Part shown: positions 12,248 through 21,960 of the stretch, piece by piece
Layout: each line of letters starts with the position of its first letter
Numbering within the stretch: the stretch's first letter is position 1
NCBI GenBank assembly: GCA_963751455.1
Contig: CAVVUN010000011.1
Coordinates: 1 to 64,000, forward strand
DNA: 64,000 nucleotides
Source of the DNA: Nitrospirota bacterium
GTDB taxonomy: Bacteria; Nitrospirota; UBA9217
Direction of reading: 5' to 3'
Program-made: the position numbers and the translations under genes
Notes under the pieces: generated by a model
Told to the model about the DNA's origin: nothing
The model's input: only the letters and a program-made list of their open reading frames with translations
Database searches by the model: none

Positions 12248-12791
12248 TTGAAGACAGTTTCCTTTATAGCAGCCTGCTCCAACAGCGGCAAAACAACACT
12301 TATCGAAAAAATCGTCTCAATCCTGAAGAAACGTAATTTCCGCGTTGCTGTCATAAAGCATGCGTCAAAGGGCTTCGATGTCGACACGCCGGGCAAGGAC
12401 TCCTGGCGCTTCGCGCAAGCGGGAGCGGATTCCGTTGTGCTGGTAGGGCCGGGGCAAGACGGCAATCATCAGGAAAACCGTGCAGGAGCCTGCTGCCGAA
12501 GAACTCGAGCAGGCTGCGGGTAATGTCGACATCGTGATTCATGAAGGATTCAAGAAGAACGCGAAATACAAGATCGAAGTTTTCCGTGATGGGGTCTCCG
12601 GCGAGCTTCCTCTTTGCATGGACGATTCTTCCTACTTCGCGCTCGTAAGCGATAAATCTTTCCCTGTTTCGATCCCTCTCTTCGATCTGAATGACGCAAC
12701 AGGCGTCGCAGATTTTCTCATCAGGAATATCAAAGCGACATCCGATCATGATGCAAATTCTGATTGTAACAATATGTGTAGCTGTAGTTAA
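12248..12791 (+). CDS. mobB: Molybdopterin-guanine dinucleotide biosynthesis protein B (one frameshift)
   Basis: SNSGKTTLIEK, VIKH, DTPGKDSWRF..AGA; continues in a second frame as DIVIHEGFK. Confidence 0.85.
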
Positions 12792-12891
12792 GCCGTGAAA
12801 ATAGGTTTTTCGTTGACTTTCTTTCTTCTTTTCCCTATTTTAGGGGAACGCTTTCCAGGCAGGTAATATGCTCAACTCGAAAGGAGAACGC

Positions 12892-14175
12892 ATGGCAGGT
12901 CCGAGATCAAGAAAATTATTTGAGGAGGCAAAAAAACATATCCCCGGCGGAGTGAACAGTCCTGTGCGGGCCTTCCGTTCAGTCGGAGGGGAGCCGCTTT
13001 TCATCAAGAAAGCGAAGGGCTCCAAGATTACGGACGCGGACGGCAAGACATATATAGATTATGTTCTTTCCTGGGGGCCGATGATCCTGGGCCATACCCA
13101 TCCGAAGGTGACCGCAGCGCTGAAAAAGGCAATCGCCGACGGCACCAGTTTCGGCGCTCCCACGGAACTTGAAGTGACGCTCGCGAAAATGGTGAAGAAG
13201 GCGTTCCCGTCGATCGAAATGGTCCGGATGGTGAGTTCCGGGACCGAAGCGACTATGAGCGCCATCAGGGTTGCCAGAGGGTATACTCGCCGGGACAAGA
13301 TTGTCAAGTTCGAAGGCGGCTACCATGGGCACGGCAACAGCCTGCTTGTGAAGGCAGGGAGCGGGGTGGCGACCTTCGGTCTGCCGGACAGCCCCGGTGT
13401 CCCGGCCGATCTGGCCAAACTCACGTTGACCGTCCCGTATAACGACCTGGCAGCAATAAAAGAGATCGCGCAGCGCGAGGGGGAGCAGATAGCCTGCATC
13501 ATCGTGGAACCGGTTGCCGGGAATATGGGTTGTGTTCCGCCGAAGCCCGGGTTCCTCGAGGGTCTGCGCCAGGTCTGCGACCAGTACGGCATCGTCCTGA
13601 TCCTCGATGAAGTCATGACCGGATTCCGGGTCGCGTACGGCGGGGCCCAGCAGCTTTACAAGATCAAACCGGACATGACCTGTCTCGGCAAGGTGATCGG
13701 CGGCGGGCTTCCGGTAGGAGCTTTCGGAGGCCGGCGCGAGATCATGGAGAACGTTGCTCCCATCGGACCGATCTACCAGGCAGGGACGCTCTCCGGCAAC
13801 CCGCTTGCAATGACTGCCGGGATCGAAACGCTCAAAGCACTGGCAAAACCGGGAGTGTACAAGACGCTTGAAAAGCTTTCCGCCGGGCTGGAGCAGGGGC
13901 TCAGAGCAGCGGCAGCGGAAGCGGGCGTGCCCGTGACATTCAACCGCGTAGGATCGATGTTTACCGGTTTCTTTACTGACCGCGAGGTAACGGATTTCAC
14001 GAGCGCCAAAACATGCGATACCGGGCGGTTCGGAAAGTATTTCCTCTCGATGCTCAAAAACGGCGTGAACCTTGCCCCGTCCCAATTCGAGGCCGCGTTC
14101 ATGTCTCTGGCCCATACGAAAGCGGACATCAATAAAACCATCGAGGCGGCAAGGAAGAGCCTGAAAGAACTATGA
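12892..14175 (+). CDS. hemL: Glutamate-1-semialdehyde 2,1-aminomutase
   Basis: [51 protein letters not shown]. Confidence 0.97.
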   Translation: MAGPRSRKLFEEAKKHIPGGVNSPVRAFRSVGGEPLFIKKAKGSKITDADGKTYIDYVLSWGPMILGHTHPKVTAALKKAIADGTSFGAPTELEVTLAKMVKKAFPSIEMVRMVSSGTEATMSAIRVARGYTRRDKIVKFEGGYHGHGNSLLVKAGSGVATFGLPDSPGVPADLAKLTLTVPYNDLAAIKEIAQREGEQIACIIVEPVAGNMGCVPPKPGFLEGLRQVCDQYGIVLILDEVMTGFRVAYGGAQQLYKIKPDMTCLGKVIGGGLPVGAFGGRREIMENVAPIGPIYQAGTLSGNPLAMTAGIETLKALAKPGVYKTLEKLSAGLEQGLRAAAAEAGVPVTFNRVGSMFTGFFTDREVTDFTSAKTCDTGRFGKYFLSMLKNGVNLAPSQFEAAFMSLAHTKADINKTIEAARKSLKEL

Positions 14176-14216
14176 CCGTATATACGCAGGCGGCGAGAAG
14201 TGGTATCATCCGTACT

Positions 14217-14462
14217 ATGAATGAAAAAGACCGGAAACTGATGCGGATGGTCGCGGTCTTAAGCACCGTCGGGTTGACCATGGTGTTTGCCACGGTCATC
14301 GGGCTTTACATCGGACTGAAACTCGACGCATGGCTTGGTACATCACCCTGGTTTACGGCGTTTTTTCTTTTGTTAGGCATCATTGCCGGATTCAGGAACA
14401 TCTTTGTTTATGCGAAAAGAAGCCAGGAAGACCTCGACAGGCAAAACAAGGATGGGAAATGA
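14217..14462 (+). CDS. AtpZ/AtpI (ATPase gene 1) family protein
   Basis: Two TMs with GLYIGLKLDAWLGTSPWF...GIIAGFRN. Confidence 0.85.
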   Translation: MNEKDRKLMRMVAVLSTVGLTMVFATVIGLYIGLKLDAWLGTSPWFTAFFLLLGIIAGFRNIFVYAKRSQEDLDRQNKDGK

Positions 14463-14511
14463 GTGACGATGCATCGGTGCGCAAGCAGGCGGTACTGCGG
14501 TCTTAAAGGGT

Positions 14512-14901
14512 GTGGTGAAAAAAACGTCGGTTATCGTTTCCGTTGCCGCTGCCGCGTCCCTTATCTTCAGTATCCTTCGTGGTCCGGACACGCGCTGGTG
14601 GTTTCTTCCGCTCAGCGTCCTTTTCGGCGGCGGTGTAGGGTTGCTGAATTTCAGATGGCTCGCAACCGCCGTCGAACGGGTCTATCTCAGAAAAGGTACA
14701 ACCCCCGGATTGTCCAATCTTGCAGCAGCGATCATCAACGTTCTCAAACTTACATTCATTTTTATCATCCTGTTCATCGTTATTAAATGGCGGCTGCTTC
14801 ATATTTTAGGCTTTGTGGCCGGCCTTTCGCTTTGCTTCATCGCGATCATCTGGGAAGGGGCCACACTGATGAAACATGCTCTTAACAAGGGGGAGTCATA
14901 A
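14512..14901 (+). CDS. ATP synthase subunit I-like membrane protein
   Basis: Four hydrophobic segments, GLLNFRWL motif, follows the atpZ-like gene. Confidence 0.7.
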   Translation: MVKKTSVIVSVAAAASLIFSILRGPDTRWWFLPLSVLFGGGVGLLNFRWLATAVERVYLRKGTTPGLSNLAAAIINVLKLTFIFIILFIVIKWRLLHILGFVAGLSLCFIAIIWEGATLMKHALNKGES

Positions 14902-14949
14902 AATGAAAGGATGGTCAATGGAAACAGTACGCACGGGAGGAACGCACGT

Positions 14950-15438
14950 ATGAAGAATCACGTTTTTATGCCACTCATCGTAGTGCTCGGTATCGTGGCG
15001 CTCATTCTGATTGCCCGCGTCTTTTTAGTTCCGAAGGATTTCGGAATAGGTCAGCGCGGGTACATGTACGGATGGCATCGCGGGGGGAACGAAGAAGAGT
15101 GGAAGAACTTCAAAGTGAAGTACATGGGCAAGGAGTATTGCAAGGATTGCCATTCCGACAAATACGACGCGATCAATAAAACGCCGCACAAGATAATCAT
15201 CTGCGAAGACTGCCATGGCCCGGCTGGGTCGCCGGAAGGCGTAATGCATTACGACGAAAAGAGGCCCAAGCTTACGATCGACAAAAGCAGGGCACAGTGC
15301 CTCCGATGTCATTTTCCGCTTCCGTATCCGACCAGCGCGCGAAGAAACATCAAGGGCATCGATCCTGATAAGCACAATCCGGACATCGAGTGTTCGACCT
15401 GTCACAATCCGCATAATCCGATGGGGGGGTTACGATGA
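14950..15438 (+). CDS. Membrane-anchored tetraheme cytochrome c (CbcS-like)
   Basis: N-terminal TM and four CxxCH motifs: CKDCH, CEDCH, CLRCH, CSTCH. Confidence 0.88.
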   Translation: MKNHVFMPLIVVLGIVALILIARVFLVPKDFGIGQRGYMYGWHRGGNEEEWKNFKVKYMGKEYCKDCHSDKYDAINKTPHKIIICEDCHGPAGSPEGVMHYDEKRPKLTIDKSRAQCLRCHFPLPYPTSARRNIKGIDPDKHNPDIECSTCHNPHNPMGGLR

Positions 15439-16223
15439 TATCGAGAAGAGATTTTTTAAGAAAGGGCGCGCTGGGGATCGCAGGGGCGGCGATCCCGCTG
15501 TCAGCGCTTGAGCTCGTCGACCCCAAAAAGCTTTTTGCGGAAGTTGCCGCCCAGGCGACTCAGACACGCTGGGTGTTTCTCGTCGATACGTACAAATGCG
15601 TCGGGTGCGGGATGTGCGTGAAGGCGTGCAAACAAGAGAATGAAATCCCGTATGACGCGAATGTGAGCAGGACCTGGGTTGAACGCTATGTCCTGACGAA
15701 AAAGGGACATTTGTACGCGGATACGCCGAAGGCCGCGCGGGACGGCTTCACGACCCCCAACATCGACCTGGGTACGGCCGGCGTCAAAGACATAAGCGCT
15801 GAAGGGATCGAGAAGGCTTTCTTTGTTCCGAAGCTCTGCAACCAGTGCGAAAATCCGCCGTGCGTGCAGGTCTGCCCTGTGGGCGCGACGTATCAGGCAG
15901 CCGACGGCGTCGTGCTGGTCGACAGAAAGTGGTGCATCGGATGCGGGTATTGCATCATGGGCTGCCCGTACGGTGTCCGGTTCTTCCACCCCGTGTACCA
16001 CACGGCCGAGAAGTGCAACTTCTGCTACCACCGGATAACGAAGGGCATGAAGTCGGCCTGTGTAGTGGCGTGTCCGTTCGGGGCCCGGCAGATCGGCAAT
16101 ATCAAGGACCCGAACGATCCGGTCACGAAGATCATACGTACGGAGCGGGTCTCGGTGCTGAAGAGCGAGTATGGTACGAAACCGCAGGTCTACTATATCG
16201 GCCTGGATGAGGAGGTGAGATAG
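15435..16223 (+). CDS. Tat-exported 4Fe-4S protein, NrfC/DmsB family (CbcT-like)
   Basis: SRRDFL signal; CVGCGMCVKAC, CNQCENPPCVQVCP, CIGCGYCIMGCP, CNFC...CVVACP. Confidence 0.92.
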   Translation: MISRRDFLRKGALGIAGAAIPLSALELVDPKKLFAEVAAQATQTRWVFLVDTYKCVGCGMCVKACKQENEIPYDANVSRTWVERYVLTKKGHLYADTPKAARDGFTTPNIDLGTAGVKDISAEGIEKAFFVPKLCNQCENPPCVQVCPVGATYQAADGVVLVDRKWCIGCGYCIMGCPYGVRFFHPVYHTAEKCNFCYHRITKGMKSACVVACPFGARQIGNIKDPNDPVTKIIRTERVSVLKSEYGTKPQVYYIGLDEEVR

Positions 16224-16225
16224 CG

Positions 16226-17485
16226 ATGGTACACGGAGAACTTTGGACTCTGAAAGAATTGTTCGTACTGCCCAACGAGTATATCTACTGGAGCATACAG
16301 ATCGTGATGTATCCGTTTATGACCGGTCTCGTTGCGGGGGCCTTCGTGCTCTCATCCCTTTACCACGTATTCGGGATACAGCAGCTCAAGGACATCGCCC
16401 GCTTTGCGCTGGTCTTTTCCTTTGCGCTGCTGTTTGCCGCGCCGATGCCGATCGTGCTGCACCTGCAGTTTCCCTTCAGGGGCATCAATGTGTTCATGAC
16501 CCCGCATTTTACGTCGGCCATCGCCGCGTTCGGTATCGTCTTCTTTTCCTACGGCGCTATCGTCGCCTCGGAACTCTGGTTTCTTTACCGGAAGCACTTT
16601 GTGGAGCAGGCGTTAAAACTCCGGGAAAAACAGGACAAGACCACGACCGAGTGGGCGTTCTATTTCATCTTCTGCACGCTGACCCTCGGGGTCTATGATA
16701 TCAGCGAGGAGTCGCTGCATAAGGATGAAAAGGCGATCAAGGTCCTTGCCGCAATCGGCATTCCGGTTGCCTGCTTTCTGCACGGATACGCCGGGTTCAT
16801 CTTCGGTTCGGTCAAAGCGAACGCGCTCTGGATGACGCCGCTTATGCCGGTCATCTTCATCATGTCCGCAATCGTCTCCGGCATTGCGCTCTGCATGCTC
16901 ACCTATATTATCACGATGGAGATAAAGAAATATCTGGCTCATCGGAAAAGGGCCAATCTGGGCACTTTCCATTCCGAGCAGGAGATCAAGAGCGTCGAGA
17001 TCCACGTGATCAAGATGACGTCGAAATACCTCCTCGCTTTCATGGTAGCTGCCATTAGTCTCGAACTCCTGGATCTCATTTTCCGCGGATACACCGCCCT
17101 CAAATCCTGGGACGTGCTGAGGAGTGTCATCTATGAACGCGACTTTACCGCCATTTTTGTGAAGCAGTATCTGATCGGGAACGTTATTCCGCTCGTCCTG
17201 TTCCTGCTTCCCGGACTTACCGTCAGGAGAACGGTGGTGGGCGCCCTCCTGGTGCTCTTCGGCGTCTTCATGATGCGGTGGAACGTAGTCATCGGCGGCC
17301 AGGCCTTCTCTCTGACATTTGCAGGGTTCATGCATTATCACCTGCCGCTCATTCCGCATGATTGGGAAACCTTCAAGGAAGGACTTGCCGGCGCACTCAG
17401 TATTTTCGCCATGCCTTTCGTTCTGTTCTGGGTCTTCAGTTATATCTTCCCGATATTCCAGACCGAAGCCGAGAAAGCACATTAA
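16226..17485 (+). CDS. NrfD/PsrC family quinol-oxidising membrane subunit (CbcU-like)
   Basis: YPFMTGLVAG, HGYAGFIFG, W..PLMPVIF..SAIVSG, RWNVVIGGQ; many TMs. Confidence 0.9.
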   Translation: MVHGELWTLKELFVLPNEYIYWSIQIVMYPFMTGLVAGAFVLSSLYHVFGIQQLKDIARFALVFSFALLFAAPMPIVLHLQFPFRGINVFMTPHFTSAIAAFGIVFFSYGAIVASELWFLYRKHFVEQALKLREKQDKTTTEWAFYFIFCTLTLGVYDISEESLHKDEKAIKVLAAIGIPVACFLHGYAGFIFGSVKANALWMTPLMPVIFIMSAIVSGIALCMLTYIITMEIKKYLAHRKRANLGTFHSEQEIKSVEIHVIKMTSKYLLAFMVAAISLELLDLIFRGYTALKSWDVLRSVIYERDFTAIFVKQYLIGNVIPLVLFLLPGLTVRRTVVGALLVLFGVFMMRWNVVIGGQAFSLTFAGFMHYHLPLIPHDWETFKEGLAGALSIFAMPFVLFWVFSYIFPIFQTEAEKAH

Positions 17486-17929
17486 CCTGTCTTGTACCTC
17501 CCGGGAGAAGCCTCTCCCGGGAGATACTTTTTTGTATCCGGGAAGTTAGTTGCAACCGGGATAAGCCATCATAAAACGAATTTAGGCTCCTCGTCGGTTC
17601 TCGGTCGTTTTCGCGTTCGCATCAGCGTCCTCATTTCCGTTCCGCACTCACGCCCGCCATTCGGAACTATTTGTTTTTAGAAATCAAGGGGGTTTTTCAG
17701 TTCTGGCCTTCTGTTTCAAAACCGCATTAAACTGCTGCAGAATGTCATCCGGGATAGGATGCATCGGAATCCCTCCTTGAAAAGCTATTCCATTAGTCTT
17801 TTGGCAAAAGATCAATAATATCAGTTCGTTACGTCAAGTTTATTCTTAAATTCATTGACCATGCCTTCGATGTATGCTACTGTATTTCGAACCGATAATA
17901 CCTTGTTCTGTGAAATACAATGAATAAAA

Positions 17930-18790
17930 ATGAATGAATATTCAAAAATTACTGAAAAAATATTTGATTCTCAAGGCAAAAATGGATGTTGGAAAATGCT
18001 TTCAAAATCTGACAAGCGTTACCCAACTTACCTTCATTATGTTCCGAACTTCAAATCAACATTATGGACATTGATACTGCTTGCAGATATGTGTCATGAC
18101 AAAAACGATATTAGAGTCAAAAAACCATTCAAAATTATTCAAGATCATTTTTATGATTCAAAGACAAATATCTATTCATTAAAAAAAGACCATTTTCCAA
18201 TCCCCTGTTTGAACGGAAATATCATTTATCTTGAATGTTATTTTACCGATTCTATCAGTGAAAAAAGCTTAAAAGCAATTGAGTTTTTTTACCAATATCA
18301 AAGATTTGACGATGGCAATTATGCCGCAGAGAAAAATGAGTATTGTGCAAATACAAGTTGCTATGGTAAACATACTTGTTATTGGGGAATCGTAAAATTA
18401 TTTAAAGGGCTTTCTTTTATTCCCCAAAAAACAAGAAGCCGCTCGATAAATATGCTATTAGAAAAATGCATCGATTTTATATTGCTGCATAATGTTTTTT
18501 TAAGCTCCCATCATAAAGACAAGGTAATGGTTAAAGACATTGATAAGTTAACGTTTCCCAATATGTATAAAAGTGATTTTTTAGAAATTCTCTGGCTGTT
18601 AAAAAGAGAAAATATAAGATCGGAAAAACTAAAGCCGGCGGTTAATTTATTGAAATCAAAACGTATGCCCCACGGGAGCTGGAACTTAGAGAACAAGGTT
18701 AATAATATGGTAACAAGCATTGGCGAAACCAGTCGGCCAAATTACTTCGTCACCAGGAGAGCAAAAGAAGTTCTGAATTTTTACGATTAG
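17930..18790 (+). CDS. Hypothetical protein, possible alpha/alpha-barrel (prenyltransferase-like) fold
   Basis: 286-aa AT-rich ORF with QW-like repeats (QGKNGCW, MPHGSW). Confidence 0.55.
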   Translation: MNEYSKITEKIFDSQGKNGCWKMLSKSDKRYPTYLHYVPNFKSTLWTLILLADMCHDKNDIRVKKPFKIIQDHFYDSKTNIYSLKKDHFPIPCLNGNIIYLECYFTDSISEKSLKAIEFFYQYQRFDDGNYAAEKNEYCANTSCYGKHTCYWGIVKLFKGLSFIPQKTRSRSINMLLEKCIDFILLHNVFLSSHHKDKVMVKDIDKLTFPNMYKSDFLEILWLLKRENIRSEKLKPAVNLLKSKRMPHGSWNLENKVNNMVTSIGETSRPNYFVTRRAKEVLNFYD

Positions 18791-18811
18791 AATGTCAGAA
18801 GAAAAAATAGT

Positions 18812-19522
18812 ATGCTTGAAAGTATAAGAAAAGACTTAGAAAGATTAAGCAACAAGGAGTATGCCGCACGTTTGCAAAAATATTTCAAGACGGGAAAAGG
18901 CGAATACGGTCAAGGCGATAAATTCTTAGGAATTCGGGTGCCAAACTTAAGAATATTAGCAATAAAATATCAAAACATATCTATAAGCCAAGTCTCGACA
19001 CTAATGAAGTCTTCATTTCATGAAGAACGCTTATTTTCTCTTTTCGTGTTAGTCGGACTTTTTAAAAAAGCAAATGATGAAGATAGAAAAAAAATATACA
19101 CCCTATATCTAAAAAATACGAAATTTATTAACAACTGGGATTTAGTTGACGCTTCTGCCGGACGTATTGTCGGCGCTTATTTATTCACTCGCGATAAAAA
19201 AAAGATTTATGCACTGGCAAAGTCGAAAAACCTATGGAAACGCAGAATATCAATCATGTCCACTTCCTATTTTATAGGACATAATGAATTTACAGATACA
19301 ATGAAAATCGCGGAAATGCTGTTAAACGATAAGGAAGATCTTATTCATAAAGCTGTTGGCTGGTTGCTTAGAGAAATTGGTAAAAAAGACCTTGAATTAG
19401 AAGAAAGTTTTTTAAAAAAACATTATACAAACATGCCACGAACTATCTTAAGGTACGCTATTGAAAAATTTCCAGTTGAAAAACGGCAAAGTTACTTAAA
19501 AAATAATTATAAAACCACATAA
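18812..19522 (+). CDS. DNA alkylation repair protein, AlkD family
   Basis: YFKTGKGEYG.GDKFLGIRVP, INNWDLVD, DLIHKAVGWLLREIGK, MPRTILRYAIEK. Confidence 0.9.
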   Translation: MLESIRKDLERLSNKEYAARLQKYFKTGKGEYGQGDKFLGIRVPNLRILAIKYQNISISQVSTLMKSSFHEERLFSLFVLVGLFKKANDEDRKKIYTLYLKNTKFINNWDLVDASAGRIVGAYLFTRDKKKIYALAKSKNLWKRRISIMSTSYFIGHNEFTDTMKIAEMLLNDKEDLIHKAVGWLLREIGKKDLELEESFLKKHYTNMPRTILRYAIEKFPVEKRQSYLKNNYKTT

Positions 19523-19576
19523 CAACGCACTCCACCGGATTGTTCTAGAGCTGCGCAAAAAATGCAATCACAATCA

Positions 19577-19835
19577 GGGGTCGGACCAAGATAAACATTT
19601 GAAAACAGAAGTTAAAATCTGGAAAACACGCCGATTTACAGACTTAGAAGGCTCTTTTTGATAGGTGAAAGATAGCTTTAAGGGGAAACGAGATGCCAAG
19701 GGCAAATCGGCATTACATTCCTGGCTATGTTTGGCATATCACGCATCGCTGTCACAAGAAGGAATTCTTGTTGAAGTTCGACAAGGACCGCGGCCTCTGG
19801 TTGAAATGGCTTTTACGTTATCGTGGTCCGACCCC
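19577..19835 (+). mobile_element. Internally deleted RAYT (HUH/Y1 transposase) element with 18-bp inverted ends
   Basis: GGGGTCGGACCAAGATAA (19577) and TTATCGTGGTCCGACCCC (19818) are 17/18 complementary; they enclose MPRANRHYIPGYVWHITHRCHKKEFLLKF starting at 19693. Confidence 0.75.
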
Positions 19836-19868
19836 GGCACCAGCCGGCATTGCAGTTCAGGAGGAGGA

Positions 19869-20798
19869 ATGAAAAGTTATTGGATAATAAGAATTGCAGT
19901 ACTCTCGACGATTCTCTTCGGATGCAGGCACGACGATCGCCCGATATCCGTTACGGTGGTTCATGTTCCCGATTCAGGCCAGACGCAATCGTATACGTCA
20001 TCGTTCGGCCAGGACAGCGATTATCTGCTCCATCCGCCATCTGCCGTACCGTAATCGACAATGGTCATAAGCTCAAAATCAGAAGGCGGGCGCCAGTCGG
20101 AAAAATCCGCCAGTGTCAGATCCGCGCAGTAAGCATCGGCTTCGACATCTAACTGTGCTGAACCGTTATACTCTTTCTGCCACATGAGCCCTGTCACGTT
20201 ATCAGTAATCGTTCCATTGCCATTGTCAGAAGCAGCTCCCGCGGTCAATGGGACATATTTCCCGAACACCCCTTCTGATTATTACTGGACGCTGACTCAC
20301 GGGATGTCGTCGACGTTTTTTATTAGTAGATGGGCAGTGGACTTCGAAACGGGGAATCTCGATACACCGTCCTTTTTTAGCGACGGCTATACCGGATGCG
20401 TACGGGGTGGTCAAAATCAGCCGCGCGTTTTTGAGGACAATGGAAACGGAACGATCACAGACAGGATAACAAGGCTCGTGTGGCAGAAGCAGGATGAAGG
20501 GGCAACCGGTGCATGGGAGACTGCGATTATAGTCTGTGAATTGTTATCCCTGGGAGGATATACTGACTGGCGACTGCCGAACGTAAAGGAACTGAGATCC
20601 ATAGTCGATTCCGGAACGTATGCGCCGGCCATATACGCGGGATATTTCCCGAACACCAGGTCGGATTCATATTGGTCGTCAACAACGTATGTAGCAAGCC
20701 CGGATGCTGCCTGGCGTGTCAATTTCTGGCACGGTGAAGTCGCCAGTTCCCTTAAGGGAAATCATTATTTTGTGCGGTGCGTACGAGGAGGAGAATAA
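19869..20798 (+). pseudogene. Tandem DUF1566 (Lcl C-terminal) lipoprotein interrupted by a 195-bp internal inversion
   Basis: RBS GGAGG and lipobox LFGC; the DNGNGTITDNVTGLMWQK...DWRPP segment lies on the minus strand at 20041-20235; the second domain (WRLPNVKEL, YWSSTT, VRCVR) is on the plus strand. Confidence 0.85.
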
Positions 20799-20881
20799 CT
20801 TCATCCATATCGACTTCTCTTTTATTCCACACTCCGAAATCGGCAATCCGTTGAGGATGCAGTAAACAAGGCCGATCATCA

Positions 20882-21125
20882 GAGAGATAGAAAATGGATT
20901 GGGAGCATTGCAGTAGGAAGCGAGTTATTTGTCAGCGTTACAAAAGAGAAGCTCGGCATCAAGGCTAAGGGCAAGCCGGGATGTGTTGAGCAGTGATGGA
21001 AGTTATGAGTGCCCTGCTCCTTACAAGTCGATTTTGTGGCATGAAAAGATTGATTTAAGCCTTAAAAATGCCTATTATTGGAACGATATCATTTGAAAAC
21101 CAGGAGCTTAGCGTGGTCCGATCCC
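20882..21125 (+). mobile_element. RAYT 3' fragment plus right end
   Basis: Degenerate RDRKWIGSIAVGSELFV...DGSYE...NAYYW, then TTAGCGTGGTCCGATCCC. Confidence 0.6.
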
Positions 21126-21200
21126 GGTATACCCGGTCACCCCGGTATAGATAGGGAAAGCGCCGCGCCTTATGGGATCGTTGGAAACCCAAAGGGAAAT

Positions 21201-21488
21201 ATGAATTGGCCATTTGATCAAGCCGAAAATGTTGCAGCGTTAACGTCTAAGAATGTACTTGAGGAAGGTTATCCCATATTACGCGTGATTCATTATCTTG
21301 ATGATCATTCATGGGCATTTACATGTGGCACAACAAGCAAATCCGAAGATGGCCGAGTCATAAGTATGGGTGAAGCGGTGAAGCTTGATCCTACAATCAC
21401 TGAAATAGCTGATCTACCTCCTGGGTGGGGTGCATCAAGGGAAACAATAGGAGGCTTTTGGAAAAGGTATGAGATCGAATACTCCTAA
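21201..21488 (+). CDS. Small conserved protein (DUF2185/Imm33-like)
   Basis: MNWPFDQAENVA...ILRVIH..DDHSWAF...LDPTITEIADLPPGW.A.R. Confidence 0.6.
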   Translation: MNWPFDQAENVAALTSKNVLEEGYPILRVIHYLDDHSWAFTCGTTSKSEDGRVISMGEAVKLDPTITEIADLPPGWGASRETIGGFWKRYEIEYS

Positions 21489-21496
21489 CAATTGCG

Positions 21497-21587
21497 GTTA
21501 TTCGGCTTCCTGGCGAAAGGAGCAATCAAGAAAGCCCACCGCCTGCATATGGAGGTATTCAAGCGCTTCGCGGAAGCCCAAATGTGA
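21497..21587 (+). repeat. 91-bp orphan copy of the SRPBCC gene 3' end (direct repeat of 30055-30145)
   Basis: 4 mismatches in 91 bp by manual alignment. Confidence 0.85.
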
Positions 21588-21813
21588 ACACTGTGGTTTT
21601 TGTTGAGATTTGGTCTGCGTCGCCTCTCGTCGTCTATCAGTCGCCGGTCCTTCGCCCTCAGTCGGATTCATCCTTTCCCTTGTCGTTTCCGCAAAATCCG
21701 GTATCCTCGCCTCATCGGGAGAACACCTTTGATAAGTTTTCCCATCGCCGAAAACTCTCCGAGCAAATTTATAATTTTCAGAAGAACCGGGCGTATCTCT
21801 GTCAACAAATGAC

Positions 21814-21941
21814 GGGCTGTTGCCCAAACCCCCGTTCACCCTTCGACAGGCTCAGGGCGAACGGTATGGCCATTGATAACATAAAATTTTTCCGTTCGTG
21901 CTGAGCCTGTCGAAGCACAAAATCGGTTTGAGCAACAGCCC
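21814..21941. mobile_element. 128-bp MITE with an internal REP-like pair
   Basis: Terminal IR GGGCTGTTGCCCAAACC / GGTTTGAGCAACAGCCC, GAC on both flanks, internal CTTCGACAGGCTCAG...CTGAGCCTGTCGAAG. Confidence 0.8.
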
Positions 21942-21960
21942 GACGAGATTTGACCCCGAA

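Noticed and set aside
136-12791. Apparent mass pseudogenisation or programmed frameshifting of core genes (DGC, DUF507, DUF2232, DUF401, TonB, MetE-like, mobB)
   Set aside because: Breaks are single-base indels with otherwise intact domains and no accumulated stops; best explained by long-read consensus error
12979-14115. Long antisense ORFs (378 aa opposite hemL; similar ones opposite NrfD, the PEP-utiliser, RHS and IS4)
   Set aside because: Shadow ORFs caused by GC-rich codon bias; no recognisable motifs or RBS
19869-20798. DUF1566 gene as a diversity-generating retroelement target
   Set aside because: No template repeat with adenine-specific differences and no reverse transcriptase in the window
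17584-21789. Composite ISL3-like element bounded by GGCTCCTCG (17585) and GAAGAACC (21781)
   Set aside because: Match too short, no TSD and no transposase remnant
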